A DNA stretch of 59,896 bases from Thermoanaerobaculia bacterium (GTDB taxonomy: Bacteria; Acidobacteriota; Thermoanaerobaculia; Gp7-AA8). The DNA is taken from contig DASZZV010000207.1 of NCBI GenBank assembly GCA_035544835.1, positions 1 through 59,896 of the forward strand. The letters run 5' to 3'. The notes beneath the pieces were generated by a model, which was not told where the DNA came from, did not search any database, and was given only the letters and a program-made list of their open reading frames with translations. The position numbers were made by a program, and so were the translations under genes. Shown piece by piece: positions 15,981 to 25,034 of the stretch; position 1 is the stretch's first letter; each line of letters opens with the position of its first letter.

Positions 15981-16283
15981 ATGAATAAGAAGTCATTCGT
16001 CCTGGTACTGATCGCTGTTTTCGCGCTTTCCCTCTTCGCGGTCGCCTGCAAGAAGGAAACGAACAATGTTGAGACCGGCACAGTCACCGATATCGGAAGC
16101 AGTAGCACCAGCGGCTCCGCGACCGGCAACACCGACACGAGGTCGTACTCCGGAACCTCCTCATCGTCGACCGGCATGAGCTCCACGATGAGCACCGACA
16201 CGAGCATGACCAGCGGAACGGGCATGACCGACACGAGCATGACCAGCACCACCATGTCCACCAGCACCACCGCAACGAAGTAA
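15981..16283 (+). CDS. small lipoprotein, paralog of 15471..15791 (Thr/Ser/Met-rich)
   Basis: MNKKSFVLVLIAVFALSLFAVAC lipobox. Repeats of 'TDTSMTS', 'MSSTMSTDTSMTSGTGMTDTSMTSTTMST'. Confidence 0.75.
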   Translation: MNKKSFVLVLIAVFALSLFAVACKKETNNVETGTVTDIGSSSTSGSATGNTDTRSYSGTSSSSTGMSSTMSTDTSMTSGTGMTDTSMTSTTMSTSTTATK

Positions 16284-16306
16284 CGATCGCTCGAAACGAG
16301 ATTGCT

Positions 16307-16338
16307 GCGCCTCGGGGGTTACTCCGAGGCGCTTTTTT
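16307..16338. terminator. hairpin terminator shared by convergent genes
   Basis: GCGCCTCGG-loop-CCGAGGCGC then TTTTTT on the plus strand. The coaE stop codon lies in the loop. Confidence 0.7.
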
Positions 16339-16954
16339 CTGTCCCGTGCGCTGCGAGCTCAGCTACCAGAGTGGCGTAGAGCTGCTCAACCTGTTGCCGA
16401 GTCTCATCGGGGTTACCGCTGTTCTCGACCACGTAATCTGCCGCAGAGAGTCGCTGCTCGCGGTTGAGCTGTCGGCTCATTCGCAACTCCACCTCTTCAC
16501 GTTTCATCCCTCTGGCGACGCCTCGCTGGACCTGTATTTCCGGTGGAACGTCAACGACGACGATACGATCGAATCGCTCTCTACCCCCGGACTCCAGGAG
16601 AAGCGTCGCCTCCACTATGGCGATTGAATCGTCTGGCTCTCGCTCTTTCTCCTGCAACAGCTTCTGCTGCTCGGCGATCACCAGAGGGTGAATGAGCGCA
16701 TTGAGTCGGTTCGCTCCCTCAGGAGTGGCGAGGGCGATCCGCGACAAGGCGGCACGATCGATCTGGCCATTCTCTGCCAGGACAGCCCCTCCATAGTTCT
16801 GAACGATCACTGCGTAGCCGGCCTTTCCCTGCCGGTAGAGCTGTCGCACCAGATCATCGGCGTCGATCACTGATGCACCCTCAGCGGCAAACATTCGAGC
16901 CACGGTCGATTTTCCCGATGCGATTCCGCCGGTAAGTCCGACCTTCAGAATCAA
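16319..16954 (-). CDS. coaE: dephospho-CoA kinase
   Basis: 'VGLTGGIASGKSTV' P-loop. TTG start chosen because it overlaps the folD stop (TTGA). The 241-aa ATG version overlaps folD by 90 nt. Confidence 0.8.
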   Translation of the reverse strand: MILKVGLTGGIASGKSTVARMFAAEGASVIDADDLVRQLYRQGKAGYAVIVQNYGGAVLAENGQIDRAALSRIALATPEGANRLNALIHPLVIAEQQKLLQEKEREPDDSIAIVEATLLLESGGRERFDRIVVVDVPPEIQVQRGVARGMKREEVELRMSRQLNREQRLSAADYVVENSGNPDETRQQVEQLYATLVAELAAHGTEKSASE

Positions 16955-17865
16955 CCTCGACGCTCCTCGGCCGACTGCACGGTATTGGCCATCAACATGG
17001 CGATCGTCATCGGCCCGACTCCGAAGGGAACCGGTGTGATCCACGAGGCGACTTCGCGGGCTCCGTGGTACTCGACATCGCCGACCACGGCGAAGCCTTT
17101 CGTCTCCAACAGCTCCAGCTTGCGAGGATCCCGGATTCGCGAGGCTTGTGGCGAGTCCTTGTCCACTCGGTTGATGCCGACGTCGATTACGATCGCTCCC
17201 GGTCGGATCATGTCGGCGGTCACCATGCAGGCGCGTCCTGCCGCGGCGACCAGGATCTCCGCTTCGCGCACGATCGCGGCGAGGTCAGTGCTCTTCGAAT
17301 GGGCCAGGGTAACGGTCGCGTCTTTTCGCAGGAGCAGTGCCGCCGCCGGCTTTCCCACGATGTCGCTCCGGCCCACGACCACGGCCCGTTTCCCGCGAAG
17401 GTCTGTTCCGGTCGACTCGATCAACCGGATCACTCCGGCCGGTGTGCAGGGCAGAAGTGATGGACGACCCTGATGAAGTTTTCCAACATTCAGGGGATGG
17501 AACCCGTCGACATCCTTGCGTGGATCGATGGCGTCGAGGATTTCTTTGGCATCGAGATGTGCCGGTAGCGGAAGCTGCAGCAGAATCCCGTCGACGGCAT
17601 CGTCCTGGTTGAGGGACCGAATCTCGGAAAGCAATTCCTGGCGGGAGATCGACGAGGGGAGGTGTTTCTGAATTCCGCGAAGCCCGATCTCTTCGGCTTT
17701 CCTGGCCTTGAGTCGCACGTAGATTTCCGACGCCGGATCGTCACCGACACGAAGGGCCACGAGTCCGGGCGTGATCCCCCGCAAGCGGAGTTGCTCGATT
17801 CTCGGGGCCAACAAGAGGAGAACCTCGTCGGCGACACCGCGGCCGTCGATGATGGCGGCAGTCAT
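16951..17865 (-). CDS. folD: bifunctional methylenetetrahydrofolate dehydrogenase/cyclohydrolase
   Basis: MTAAIIDGRGVA..GLVALRVGDDPAS..YV..K...GILLQLPLP..DVDGFHP. The 539-aa ORF-track version is an upstream read-through. Confidence 0.9.
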   Translation of the reverse strand: MTAAIIDGRGVADEVLLLLAPRIEQLRLRGITPGLVALRVGDDPASEIYVRLKARKAEEIGLRGIQKHLPSSISRQELLSEIRSLNQDDAVDGILLQLPLPAHLDAKEILDAIDPRKDVDGFHPLNVGKLHQGRPSLLPCTPAGVIRLIESTGTDLRGKRAVVVGRSDIVGKPAAALLLRKDATVTLAHSKSTDLAAIVREAEILVAAAGRACMVTADMIRPGAIVIDVGINRVDKDSPQASRIRDPRKLELLETKGFAVVGDVEYHGAREVASWITPVPFGVGPMTIAMLMANTVQSAEERRG

Positions 17866-18545
17866 GGAGCCACTCCCCGGTAGTAAGTAACGATGCCGCC
17901 GCTGAGCCTCCGGGCTGAGACCTGCTGGTAACCGGAGGCGCTCATCAGGTCGAGAAAAGCGTTTCCGTGAGGGAAGTCGCGCACTGATGCCGGCAGGTAC
18001 TCGTAGGGCGCTCGCGCCCCCGTGATGAACCCTCCGAGTCGGGGGAGGAGATGGCGTGAATAGAGCTGATAGAAGCTGTTGATGATCGGGGCAGGGCGCG
18101 AGAATTCGAGGACCGCACAGACGCCCCCAGGCTTGAGGACTCGGTGCACCTCCCGGAGTCCGGCTGCGGGATCGGCGAAGTTGCGGACTCCGAATGCGAT
18201 CGTGACGGCGTCGAAGCGGCTCGACGGAAAGGGGAGCTGGAGCGCGTCGGCCCCGACCTGGGTGACAGGGAGATTCGCGAGCTTGGCGCGTCCCCGCTCG
18301 AGCATCTCGAAAGTGAAGTCGGCCGATATGACGCGGTGATGGCCGTAACGGACGAGATCGACGGTGAGATCGCCCGTGCCGGCGGCGAGATCGAGGACGA
18401 GACCGGGGCACGAGGCGACAGACGAGGCGACGATTCGCCGCCAGCGTGTGTCGATGCGCATCGACATGACGCGATTGGCGACGTCGTAGCGTGGGGCTAC
18501 CTGGGCGAACATGCGGCGGATGGCGGCCGGGGATTTGTCGATCAC
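17862..18545 (-). CDS. ubiE: demethylmenaquinone/ubiquinone methyltransferase
   Basis: 'MFAQVAPRYDVANR', 'VLDLAAGTGD', 'FGVRNF', 'VLKPGG'. GTG start chosen just downstream of the heptamer hairpin; start uncertain (alternative ATG at 18512). ATGA overlap with folD. Confidence 0.8.
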   Translation of the reverse strand: MIDKSPAAIRRMFAQVAPRYDVANRVMSMRIDTRWRRIVASSVASCPGLVLDLAAGTGDLTVDLVRYGHHRVISADFTFEMLERGRAKLANLPVTQVGADALQLPFPSSRFDAVTIAFGVRNFADPAAGLREVHRVLKPGGVCAVLEFSRPAPIINSFYQLYSRHLLPRLGGFITGARAPYEYLPASVRDFPHGNAFLDLMSASGYQQVSARRLSGGIVTYYRGVAP

Positions 18546-18574
18546 GGGAGGGGAGTCTAAGGCAAGGCAAAGGC

Positions 18575-18668
18575 GAATTGTGAATGTTGAATGTTGAATT
18601 TTGAATTGTGAAACCGCCCTTTTTGCCAATTCAACATTCAAAATTCACAACTCAACATTCAAAATCAC
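18575..18668. repeat. heptamer-arm hairpin element (family B, unit GAATGTT/GAATTTT/GAATTGT)
   Basis: Left arm is gaattgt gaatgtt gaatgtt gaatttt gaattgt. The right arm is the imperfect reverse complement, also 7-nt periodic. Loop aaaccgcccttttt gcc. Confidence 0.8.
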
Positions 18669-18862
18669 CTTTGTCCTACGCGGCGGCTGGGGCGCTTGAA
18701 TGGTTTCCCACGGGAATACAATTCTTGACAGGCCCTGTTCCCGATGTTACCTTTTCAGGCCCTTCAAACGGGCGGTAGTGTGTAGTTTGAATTCGACTCT
18801 CCGCAGCGCCTCCTGACTCGTGCCGGGCATGAGTGGGGGTCTGTGATGTTACAGGACGACAA

Positions 18863-19297
18863 ATGCGTACGTATTTTCCGAAGCAGGGTGACATCAAGCC
18901 GCGTTGGTTTGTAATCGACGCGGAAGGACAGGTTCTCGGCCGTCTTTCAGCGGCTGTGGCCAATATTATCTCGGGGAAGGCCAAGCCGACCTACACCCCG
19001 TTTCTCGACACCGGGGACCACGTCATTGTGATCAATGCCGAGAAGATCGGTCTTACCGGCAAGAAGGAAACCGACAAGATGTATCGGCACCACACCGGTT
19101 ATCCGGGTGGACTCAAAGAGAGTGCAGCGCGCTTTGTCCGCGTTGAAAAGCCGGAGCGGATGATCGAAGAGGCCGTTCAGGGAATGATTCCCAAGAATCG
19201 GCTCGGTCGGAAGATGCTGAAGAAGCTCAAGGTGTACCGCGGCTCCCAGCATCCACACGTGGCACAGCAACCAGAAGAATTCACGATCTCCAGGTAA
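18863..19297 (+). CDS. rplM: 50S ribosomal protein L13
   Basis: [28 protein letters not shown].. Confidence 0.95.
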   Translation: MRTYFPKQGDIKPRWFVIDAEGQVLGRLSAAVANIISGKAKPTYTPFLDTGDHVIVINAEKIGLTGKKETDKMYRHHTGYPGGLKESAARFVRVEKPERMIEEAVQGMIPKNRLGRKMLKKLKVYRGSQHPHVAQQPEEFTISR

Positions 19298-19321
19298 GAG
19301 AGAACAGAAGGGGTTTTCAGA

Positions 19322-19708
19322 GTGGCGGAATACTACGGAACAGGCAGAAGAAAGTCCTCGACGGCGCGGGTTCACCTCCGTCAGGGTACGGGTCAGATCA
19401 CGGTCAATCGGCGCAAGTTCGATGAGTACTTTCCGAACGAAGTGCTCAAGATGATCATCAGGCAGCCGCTTTCGCTCACCGAGACAGGCGATCATTTCGA
19501 TATCGTCATCACGGTCGGTGGCGGTGGTCCGAGCGGACAGGCTGGGGCGATTCGCCACGGTATCTCGCGAGCGCTGCTGACCTACAATGTCGAGCTTCGC
19601 AAGCGGCTCAAGAAGGCTGGTCTCCTCACGCGCGATCCGCGTATGAAGGAGCGCAAGAAGTACGGTCAGAAGGGTGCTCGCGCCCGCTTCCAGTTCTCTA
19701 AGCGCTAG
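19322..19708 (+). CDS. rpsI: 30S ribosomal protein S9
   Basis: ..[14 protein letters not shown].. and C-terminal ..[19 protein letters not shown] start. Confidence 0.95.
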   Translation: MAEYYGTGRRKSSTARVHLRQGTGQITVNRRKFDEYFPNEVLKMIIRQPLSLTETGDHFDIVITVGGGGPSGQAGAIRHGISRALLTYNVELRKRLKKAGLLTRDPRMKERKKYGQKGARARFQFSKR

Positions 19709-19754
19709 TCTCATGTTCCGGTTTCTCTAAGTGTTCAAGTGAAGACAGGAGCTC

Positions 19755-19787
19755 CCGAGCGGGCTCCTGTTTTTTTGTTTGGGTTGT
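19755..19787 (+). terminator. rho-independent terminator after rpsI
   Basis: ACAGGAGC-loop-GCTCCTGT followed by TTTTTTT. Confidence 0.8.
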
Positions 19788-19880
19788 GCGATTGTCCGAT
19801 TGCTCGATCGCACGATTTCATGGAGTCCAATACGCGCAATCGCGCACAGAAGTCCGTGACGTAACTACAAGGAGGTTCAT

Positions 19881-20660
19881 TTGGCAGTCTCTATTACGAT
19901 GAAAGAGCTTTTGGAAGCTGGCGTTCACTTCGGTCATCAGACCAAGCGCTGGAATCCGAAGATGAAGAAGTACATCTTCGGCAAGCGCAATGGGATCTAC
20001 ATCATTGACCTGCAGAAGACGCTCAAGCTCTTTAAGGAAGCCTCCGCCTTTATCACCGAGCTGGCCTCCAACGGCAAGCGCATCCTCTTCGTCGGTACGA
20101 AGAGACAGGCCCAGGATGCCATTCTTGAAGAAGCAAACCGCTGCGGCATGTTCTATGTGAACAACCGCTGGCTTGGTGGAACCCTCACCAACTTTACGAC
20201 CGTCCGTAAGTCGATCGAGCGCCTCAAGGAGCTGGAGAGAGCTCTGGCCGACACCGAGAAAGAGATGTCCAAGAAGGAGCGCGCGGCCATGGATCATGAG
20301 CGCGAGAAGCTCCAGAAGAATCTCATCGGAATCCGTGAGATGGACGCCCTGCCTGATGCGCTCTTCGTGATCGACCCGAAGAAAGAGCACATCGCCGTCA
20401 TGGAAGCGCACAAGCTCGGTATTCCGGTCGTTGGAATCGTCGACACGAACTGCGATCCGGAGATGATCGACTACGTCATCCCAGGAAACGACGACGCGAT
20501 TCGCGCCATCAGGCTCTTCACGCAGAAGACTGCCGACTCCGTGCTCGAGGGCTACAACATGGCCGAAGAGACGTTCATCGGAGCGGAAGACAAGCCGGAA
20601 ATGGCCACGCCCGCTCCCGCTGCCGCTGCACCTGAGCCCGTCGCCGTTCCTGTTTCCTAG
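19881..20660 (+). CDS. rpsB: 30S ribosomal protein S2
   Basis: ..[22 protein letters not shown].. TTG start 6 nt after AAGGAGG. Confidence 0.95.
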   Translation: MAVSITMKELLEAGVHFGHQTKRWNPKMKKYIFGKRNGIYIIDLQKTLKLFKEASAFITELASNGKRILFVGTKRQAQDAILEEANRCGMFYVNNRWLGGTLTNFTTVRKSIERLKELERALADTEKEMSKKERAAMDHEREKLQKNLIGIREMDALPDALFVIDPKKEHIAVMEAHKLGIPVVGIVDTNCDPEMIDYVIPGNDDAIRAIRLFTQKTADSVLEGYNMAEETFIGAEDKPEMATPAPAAAAPEPVAVPVS

Positions 20661-20673
20661 CCGTCGCGCAGCA

Positions 20674-20765
20674 TTGTCATCCTGAGCGAAGCGAAGGATC
20701 TTCGGTGACATGGCAGGATCTCGCCGTGTCACCAGAGATCCTTCGCTCGACGCTCAGGATGACAA
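20674..20765. repeat. family-A hairpin element (GTCATCCTGAG..GAAGGATCT // AGATCCTTC..CTCAGGATGAC)
   Basis: Long imperfect hairpin between rpsB and tsf, with termini TTGTCATCCTGAGCG.. and ..CGCTCAGGATGACAA. Confidence 0.85.
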
Positions 20766-20831
20766 CTCTCTCGATTCTTCCGTACTGCGCTCGCGTGGCG
20801 CGGCCCGAAATTCTCAACCTGGAGTACTGAT

Positions 20832-21770
20832 ATGGCTCAAATTACAGCCGCTCTCGTAAAAGAGCTCCGCGAAAAAACCGGAGCTGGAATGATGGAATGC
20901 AAGTCGGCGCTCACCGAGGCCAATGGTGATGTCGAAGAAGGGGTGAAGGTCCTCCGCAAGAAGGGACTCGCCGCCGCAGGAAAAAAGGCCGGCCGCATTA
21001 CCTCGGAAGGCCTCGTGCAGGCTCATGTCGATGGCACCAGAGCCGTTCTGATCGAGGTCAACTGCGAGACCGACTTCGTCGCCAAGACCGACGAGTTTCG
21101 CGACATGGTCAAACAGATCGGCCAGATCGTCATGGACTCGAAAGTGGAGACAGTCGATGAACTGCTGAAGCTCGACTGGCCAGGTGACGCCGAGGGACAT
21201 ACCGTCGCTCAGGTCGTCTCGCAGAAGATCGCCAAGACCGGCGAGAACATGAGTGTGCGCCGCTTCGTCCGCTATGACGGCGGTCCTGCTCATCACGGTA
21301 TGGGAAGCTACGTGCACGGCAATGGCCGCATCGGCGTGCTAGTCGAAGTCAGTAATGACAGCGTCGACGCCCGCGTCGTGGCCGGCGAGATCGCCCGCGA
21401 CGTCGCCATGCATGTTGCTGCCGCCGAGCCGCGCTTTGTCAAGCGCGACGAGGTCACCGAGAACGATCTGAACACCGAGAAAGAAATCGCCCGCGATCAG
21501 GCCATCAAGTCCGGCAAGCCCGAGGCTGTGGTCGAGAAGATCGTCGCCGGCAAGATGGAGAAGTACTACGGCGAGGCCGTGCTCCTCGAGCAGCCCTACG
21601 TTCGCGACGACAAGACCACCATCACCCAGCTGCTGAAGACCCGCGGGACGGCAGCGAAGGCAAACTTCGACGTGGTCCGTTTCACCCGCTACAAGCTCGG
21701 TGAGGGCATCGAGAAGCCCCAGGGACCCGACTTCGCAACGGAAGTCATGGCCCAGGCAGGATTGAAGTAA
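20832..21770 (+). CDS. tsf: translation elongation factor Ts
   Basis: MAQITAALVKELREKTGAGMMECKSAL.. Confidence 0.95.
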   Translation: MAQITAALVKELREKTGAGMMECKSALTEANGDVEEGVKVLRKKGLAAAGKKAGRITSEGLVQAHVDGTRAVLIEVNCETDFVAKTDEFRDMVKQIGQIVMDSKVETVDELLKLDWPGDAEGHTVAQVVSQKIAKTGENMSVRRFVRYDGGPAHHGMGSYVHGNGRIGVLVEVSNDSVDARVVAGEIARDVAMHVAAAEPRFVKRDEVTENDLNTEKEIARDQAIKSGKPEAVVEKIVAGKMEKYYGEAVLLEQPYVRDDKTTITQLLKTRGTAAKANFDVVRFTRYKLGEGIEKPQGPDFATEVMAQAGLK

Positions 21771-22061
21771 GGATTCAGCACCGAAAGGTTCATGGGAAGG
21801 GCTGGGGGAGCCACTGTCCCACGCGCCAACAAAAAAGGGCGGCTCAAGACCGCCCCCGCCTGGATTCTAGAAGCAACCGAAGGTCACGGCGCAGACCGGC
21901 CTCATTCTTGACCTGCCAAAACACTCGCGCATCCTGAGCCGTTTCCAAATAGAGCAAGAGGGTGTGCTACGCGAAAATTGATGTTTCTGCAGAATGTGTT
22001 TGTCGTCTGTTTATTGCTAGGCTTTGCGGCTCCGTCGCGAAGTTTCGCGAGGGTTTGTCAT

Positions 22062-22103
22062 TACACTCGCTTTGTGGATTCCTACTCGACCGTCCTGAGC
22101 GAG
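22062..22103 (+). repeat. 42-nt direct repeat copy 1 (relic of the 5' end of the 22809 gene)
   Basis: TACACTCGCTTTGTGGATTCCTACTCGACCGTCCTGAGCGAG matches 22797..22838 at 39 of 42 positions. Confidence 0.85.
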
Positions 22104-22139
22104 GGTTAGGCCGACAGGGAGAATGGGAGGATAGACACC

Positions 22140-22691
22140 ATGGCTCGATGGTCACTGGAACCTGGACACACCGCTGCCGAGTTCTGCGTCAGGCACATGA
22201 TGGTCACCCATGTGCGAGGCCATTTCAAGAACGTGCACGGCAGTCTGGAGTTTGATCCGGGTCAGCCGGAGGCGTCCCGGGTCGAGGCCACGATCGACAC
22301 CCCAGGTCTGTGGAGCGGAGAGCCGGGTCGCGATGTCCACCTCCGCGGCCCCGACTTCCTCGACGTCGAGCACTTCCCGGAAATAACCTTCACGAGCCGC
22401 GCAGTGCATCTGATGAGTCCGAATGAGGCGGTTGTCACTGGCGCTCTAACAATCCGAGGGGTCACCAAGGTTGTCGGGCTGGACGTCCACTACTTGGGGC
22501 AGTGGGAAACTCCGTGGTGGGAGGACGGGGTCGACAAGGGTCCCAAGACCCGGGCAGGCTTTGTGGCTACGGCCCGCATAGACCGTCGCGACTTCGGCGT
22601 AAGTTGGAACAGCCCGCTCGCGCGGGGTGGCATTGTTGTCGGCCACCAAGTCCTCATCACGATCGACGCGGAAGCGATTCTTGAATCGTAG
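22140..22691 (+). CDS. YceI-like polyisoprenoid-binding family protein
   Basis: 'W.L.P.HT.AEF.V.HMMVT.VRG.F', 'GAL.TIRGVTK', 'RRDFGV.WN'. GGGAGG SD. Confidence 0.8.
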   Translation: MARWSLEPGHTAAEFCVRHMMVTHVRGHFKNVHGSLEFDPGQPEASRVEATIDTPGLWSGEPGRDVHLRGPDFLDVEHFPEITFTSRAVHLMSPNEAVVTGALTIRGVTKVVGLDVHYLGQWETPWWEDGVDKGPKTRAGFVATARIDRRDFGVSWNSPLARGGIVVGHQVLITIDAEAILES

Positions 22692-22796
22692 AGCGGCCCA
22701 ACAAAGGGATGGAGCAGGCGAGGGGCGTGCTGGCGGAGACGCTGGCGCCGATCAATACGGGGCTGGGCCTTCGTTGTTCGATTCCACGCCGCGGCA

Positions 22797-22838
22797 TACA
22801 CTCGCCTTGTGGATTTCTACTCGACCGTCCTGCGCGAG
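22797..22838 (+). repeat. 42-nt direct repeat copy 2 (covers the start of the nucleotidyltransferase gene)
   Basis: See 22062..22103. Includes the GTG start at 22809. Confidence 0.85.
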
Positions 22839-23297
22839 CTGAGCGACCGGAACATTCGCTTCATTGTTGTCGGCGGGGTCGCCACAGTTCTCCATGGCTA
22901 TGCGCGGCTGACCGTGGATCTCGACCTGGTCGTCGATTTTGCTGGCGAGCATCTGCGAGACGCTCTGGTGGCCCTGACGGCGCTCGGTTTCAAACCGCGC
23001 GTCCCTGTGAACGCGTTGGATTTTGCCGACCCTGCCATACGCCGGGGATGGATCGAGCAGAAAGGCATGATGGTCTTCTCGATGTGGCGAGATGACGAGG
23101 GACTTCCGCTGGTCGTCGATCTTTTTGCCGAAGAGCCTTTTCCTTTTGACGAGATGTTCGACAGGGGCCGAGTGGTATCTGTTGGCGGGCGAGAGATTCG
23201 CATCGCTTCAAGAAAAGACCTGATCACGATGAAACAGAAAGCGGGACGGCCGAAAGATCTCATCGACATCGCGCAATTGGAGCAACTCGATGACTGA
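22809..23297 (+). CDS. nucleotidyltransferase-fold protein (minimal NTase type)
   Basis: 'FIVVGGVATVLHGYARLTVDLDLVV' G-G/S..D.D NTase motif. C-terminal 'K.KAGRPKDLIDI..L'. Confidence 0.65.
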   Translation: MDFYSTVLRELSDRNIRFIVVGGVATVLHGYARLTVDLDLVVDFAGEHLRDALVALTALGFKPRVPVNALDFADPAIRRGWIEQKGMMVFSMWRDDEGLPLVVDLFAEEPFPFDEMFDRGRVVSVGGREIRIASRKDLITMKQKAGRPKDLIDIAQLEQLDD

Positions 23298-23508
23298 GGA
23301 CTGGAGCAGCGGCTGGAGCGACGCCGAGCATCACATCCTCCTGCTCGGTGCGTCGCTGAGCCCTTCGGCGCGTTTCGAGCTTCTGCAGCAGATGCAGGAG
23401 TTCGCCTGCAATGCAGGAGCCTTCCAGCGGGAGATCCAGGCCCGTCTGCTGGCCTCCGATCAGCTCTGGGAAAACAATTCAGAGCCGCCCGAGAAGCGGA
23501 GCGCGTGA
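23290..23508 (+). CDS. hypothetical 72-aa protein, translationally coupled to the NTase gene
   Basis: The ATG overlaps the NTase stop region (ATGACTGA). No recognisable motif. Confidence 0.4.
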   Translation: MTEDWSSGWSDAEHHILLLGASLSPSARFELLQQMQEFACNAGAFQREIQARLLASDQLWENNSEPPEKRSA

Positions 23509-23539
23509 TATAAATCGCGCCCCGGAGCGACCCGACCGA

Positions 23540-24277
23540 ATGGCTGAAGCGAGAACGCCCACCTACAAGAGAATCATGCTCAAACTCTCAGGCGAAGCCT
23601 TGATGGGAGAGCGTAAGTACGGCATCGATCCCCAGACACTGGCCGACATCGCCGACGAGTTGGTGAGCGTGCAGAAGCTCGGCGTCGAGATCGCCCTCGT
23701 GGTCGGCGGCGGCAATATCTTTCGCGGCGTCACCGCTGCGACCGACGGCATCGACCGCGCCGTTGGGGATCAGATGGGAATGCTGGCCACGGTGATCAAC
23801 TCCCTGGCCATGCAGGATGCCCTGGAACGCCGCGGTGCCATCACGAGAGTCACGACCGCGATCGCCATGCCCGGCGTCGCCGAGTCGTTCATCCGGCGAA
23901 GGGCGATCCGGCACCTCGAGAAAAAACGAATCGTCATCTGTGCCGCCGGCACGGGAAACCCCTACTTCACGACCGACTCCGCCGCCGCTCTGCGTGCCAA
24001 TGAGCTGGGCTGCGAGATTATCTTCAAGGCCACCAAAGTCGATGGCATCTACACCGCTGATCCTCATAAGGATCCCTCGGCAGTCAAGATCCCCATCGCC
24101 ACCTATCAGCAGGTGATCGAGCAACGACTCAATGTCATGGATGCTTCGGCCATCGATCTTGCCCGAGGGAACTCAATTCCCATTTACGTCTTCTCGATGA
24201 AGGAGAAGGGGAACATCTCGAGGGCGGTGCTGGGAGAGAATATCGGATCGATCGTGACCGACAGTCACCCCGCATAA
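23540..24277 (+). CDS. pyrH: UMP kinase
   Basis: ..[31 protein letters not shown].. Internal ATG chosen over the 288-aa read-through. Confidence 0.95.
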   Translation: MAEARTPTYKRIMLKLSGEALMGERKYGIDPQTLADIADELVSVQKLGVEIALVVGGGNIFRGVTAATDGIDRAVGDQMGMLATVINSLAMQDALERRGAITRVTTAIAMPGVAESFIRRRAIRHLEKKRIVICAAGTGNPYFTTDSAAALRANELGCEIIFKATKVDGIYTADPHKDPSAVKIPIATYQQVIEQRLNVMDASAIDLARGNSIPIYVFSMKEKGNISRAVLGENIGSIVTDSHPA

Positions 24278-24299
24278 CAACGCAGCTGGAGGCTTTTCA

Positions 24300-24860
24300 A
24301 TGGACGTGAAGACTCTCGAAAAAGACGCGGAGCGCCGGATGCACGGGGCTCTGGAAGCGCTGCACGGCGAATTCAAATCGCTCCGAACCGGTCGCGCCAC
24401 AACCTCGATGCTGGACGGAATCGTGGTCCCTTACTACGGGACCGACACGCCCCTGGCGCAGGTTGCCAGTCTCTCGGTGCCAGAAGCTTCTCTGATTCTG
24501 GCTACGCCATGGGACAAGACCCTCATCCCGGCCATCGAGAAGGCCATTCGAAGTGCCGAGCTCGGACTCAATCCCGCCAACGACGGTAAGGTCATCAGAA
24601 TCCCGATCCCGCCCCTCACCGAGGAGCGCCGCAAGGAGCTCGTCAAGAAGGCCCACGCCATGTCCGAGGAATCTCGAACGGCCATCCGTCAGGTCCGGCG
24701 TGACGTCAACGACAAGCTGAAGAAGATCGAGAAGGAACATCTCATCTCCCAGGACGAGGAGAAGCGCGGCCTCGATGAGATTCAGAAGATGACCGATAAG
24801 TTCATCAACGAAGTGAATGCCGTGTTGGCGCACAAAGAAGCCGAAGTGATGGAAGTTTGA
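24300..24860 (+). CDS. frr: ribosome recycling factor
   Basis: ..LRTGRATTSMLDGI.V.YYG..TPL.QVA... Confidence 0.95.
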   Translation: MDVKTLEKDAERRMHGALEALHGEFKSLRTGRATTSMLDGIVVPYYGTDTPLAQVASLSVPEASLILATPWDKTLIPAIEKAIRSAELGLNPANDGKVIRIPIPPLTEERRKELVKKAHAMSEESRTAIRQVRRDVNDKLKKIEKEHLISQDEEKRGLDEIQKMTDKFINEVNAVLAHKEAEVMEV

Positions 24861-24867
24861 GGTGGGT

Positions 24868-25034
24868 GGGATTTCGGATTTGGGATTTGGGATTTCGAAT
24901 TTGAAAGAAGAGGCGGAGTTCGAAGGGAATGCTCTTCGCTCAAATTCGAAAATTGGAAGCGACAGCAAACTTGGACCGAAGCAGATCGGGCTTTTTTTAA
25001 ATTCGAAATTCGAAATTCGAAATTCGAAATTTCC
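24868..25034. repeat. heptamer-arm hairpin element (family B, unit GGGATTT/CGAATTT vs AAATTCG)
   Basis: Left arm is gggattt cggattt gggattt gggattt cgaattt. Right arm is (aaattcg)x4 and ends 1 nt before the ispD ATG. An internal alternative 11-bp pairing exists between 24894..24904 and 24940..24950. Confidence 0.8.

Noticed and set aside
15350-16275. Val/Met-rich minus-strand ORFs (15350..15814, 15480..15953, 15959..16270, 16084..16275) opposite the Thr/Ser/Met lipoprotein genes.
   Set aside because: These are antisense translations of ACC/ACG/ATG-rich repeats. The plus-strand genes have SDs, lipoboxes and terminators, whereas the minus ORFs have none.
16951-18570. 539-aa ORF-track version of folD. 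Similar over-long ORFs occur at 6200..7375, 17862..18641, 23411..24277, 29260..31533, 57352..58857, 691..2292, 14439..15470 and 34202..34975.
   Set aside because: The N-terminal extensions are Arg/Pro-rich read-through of GC-rich upstream DNA and overlap neighbouring genes or repeats. Conserved family N-termini begin at internal starts, often with SD sequences or ATGA/GTGA coupling.
21837-21855. GGGCGG-ctcaaga-CCGCCC hairpin after tsf as an intrinsic terminator.
   Set aside because: The stem is only 6 bp and no T-tract follows, which is insufficient to call a terminator.
13931-21925. Shared 12-nt word TGACCTGCCAAA at about 13932 and about 21909 in two AT-richer spacers (possible common promoter motif).
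   Set aside because: Exact matches of 12-13 nt are expected by chance many times in a 60-kb window on two strands. The flanks do not align.
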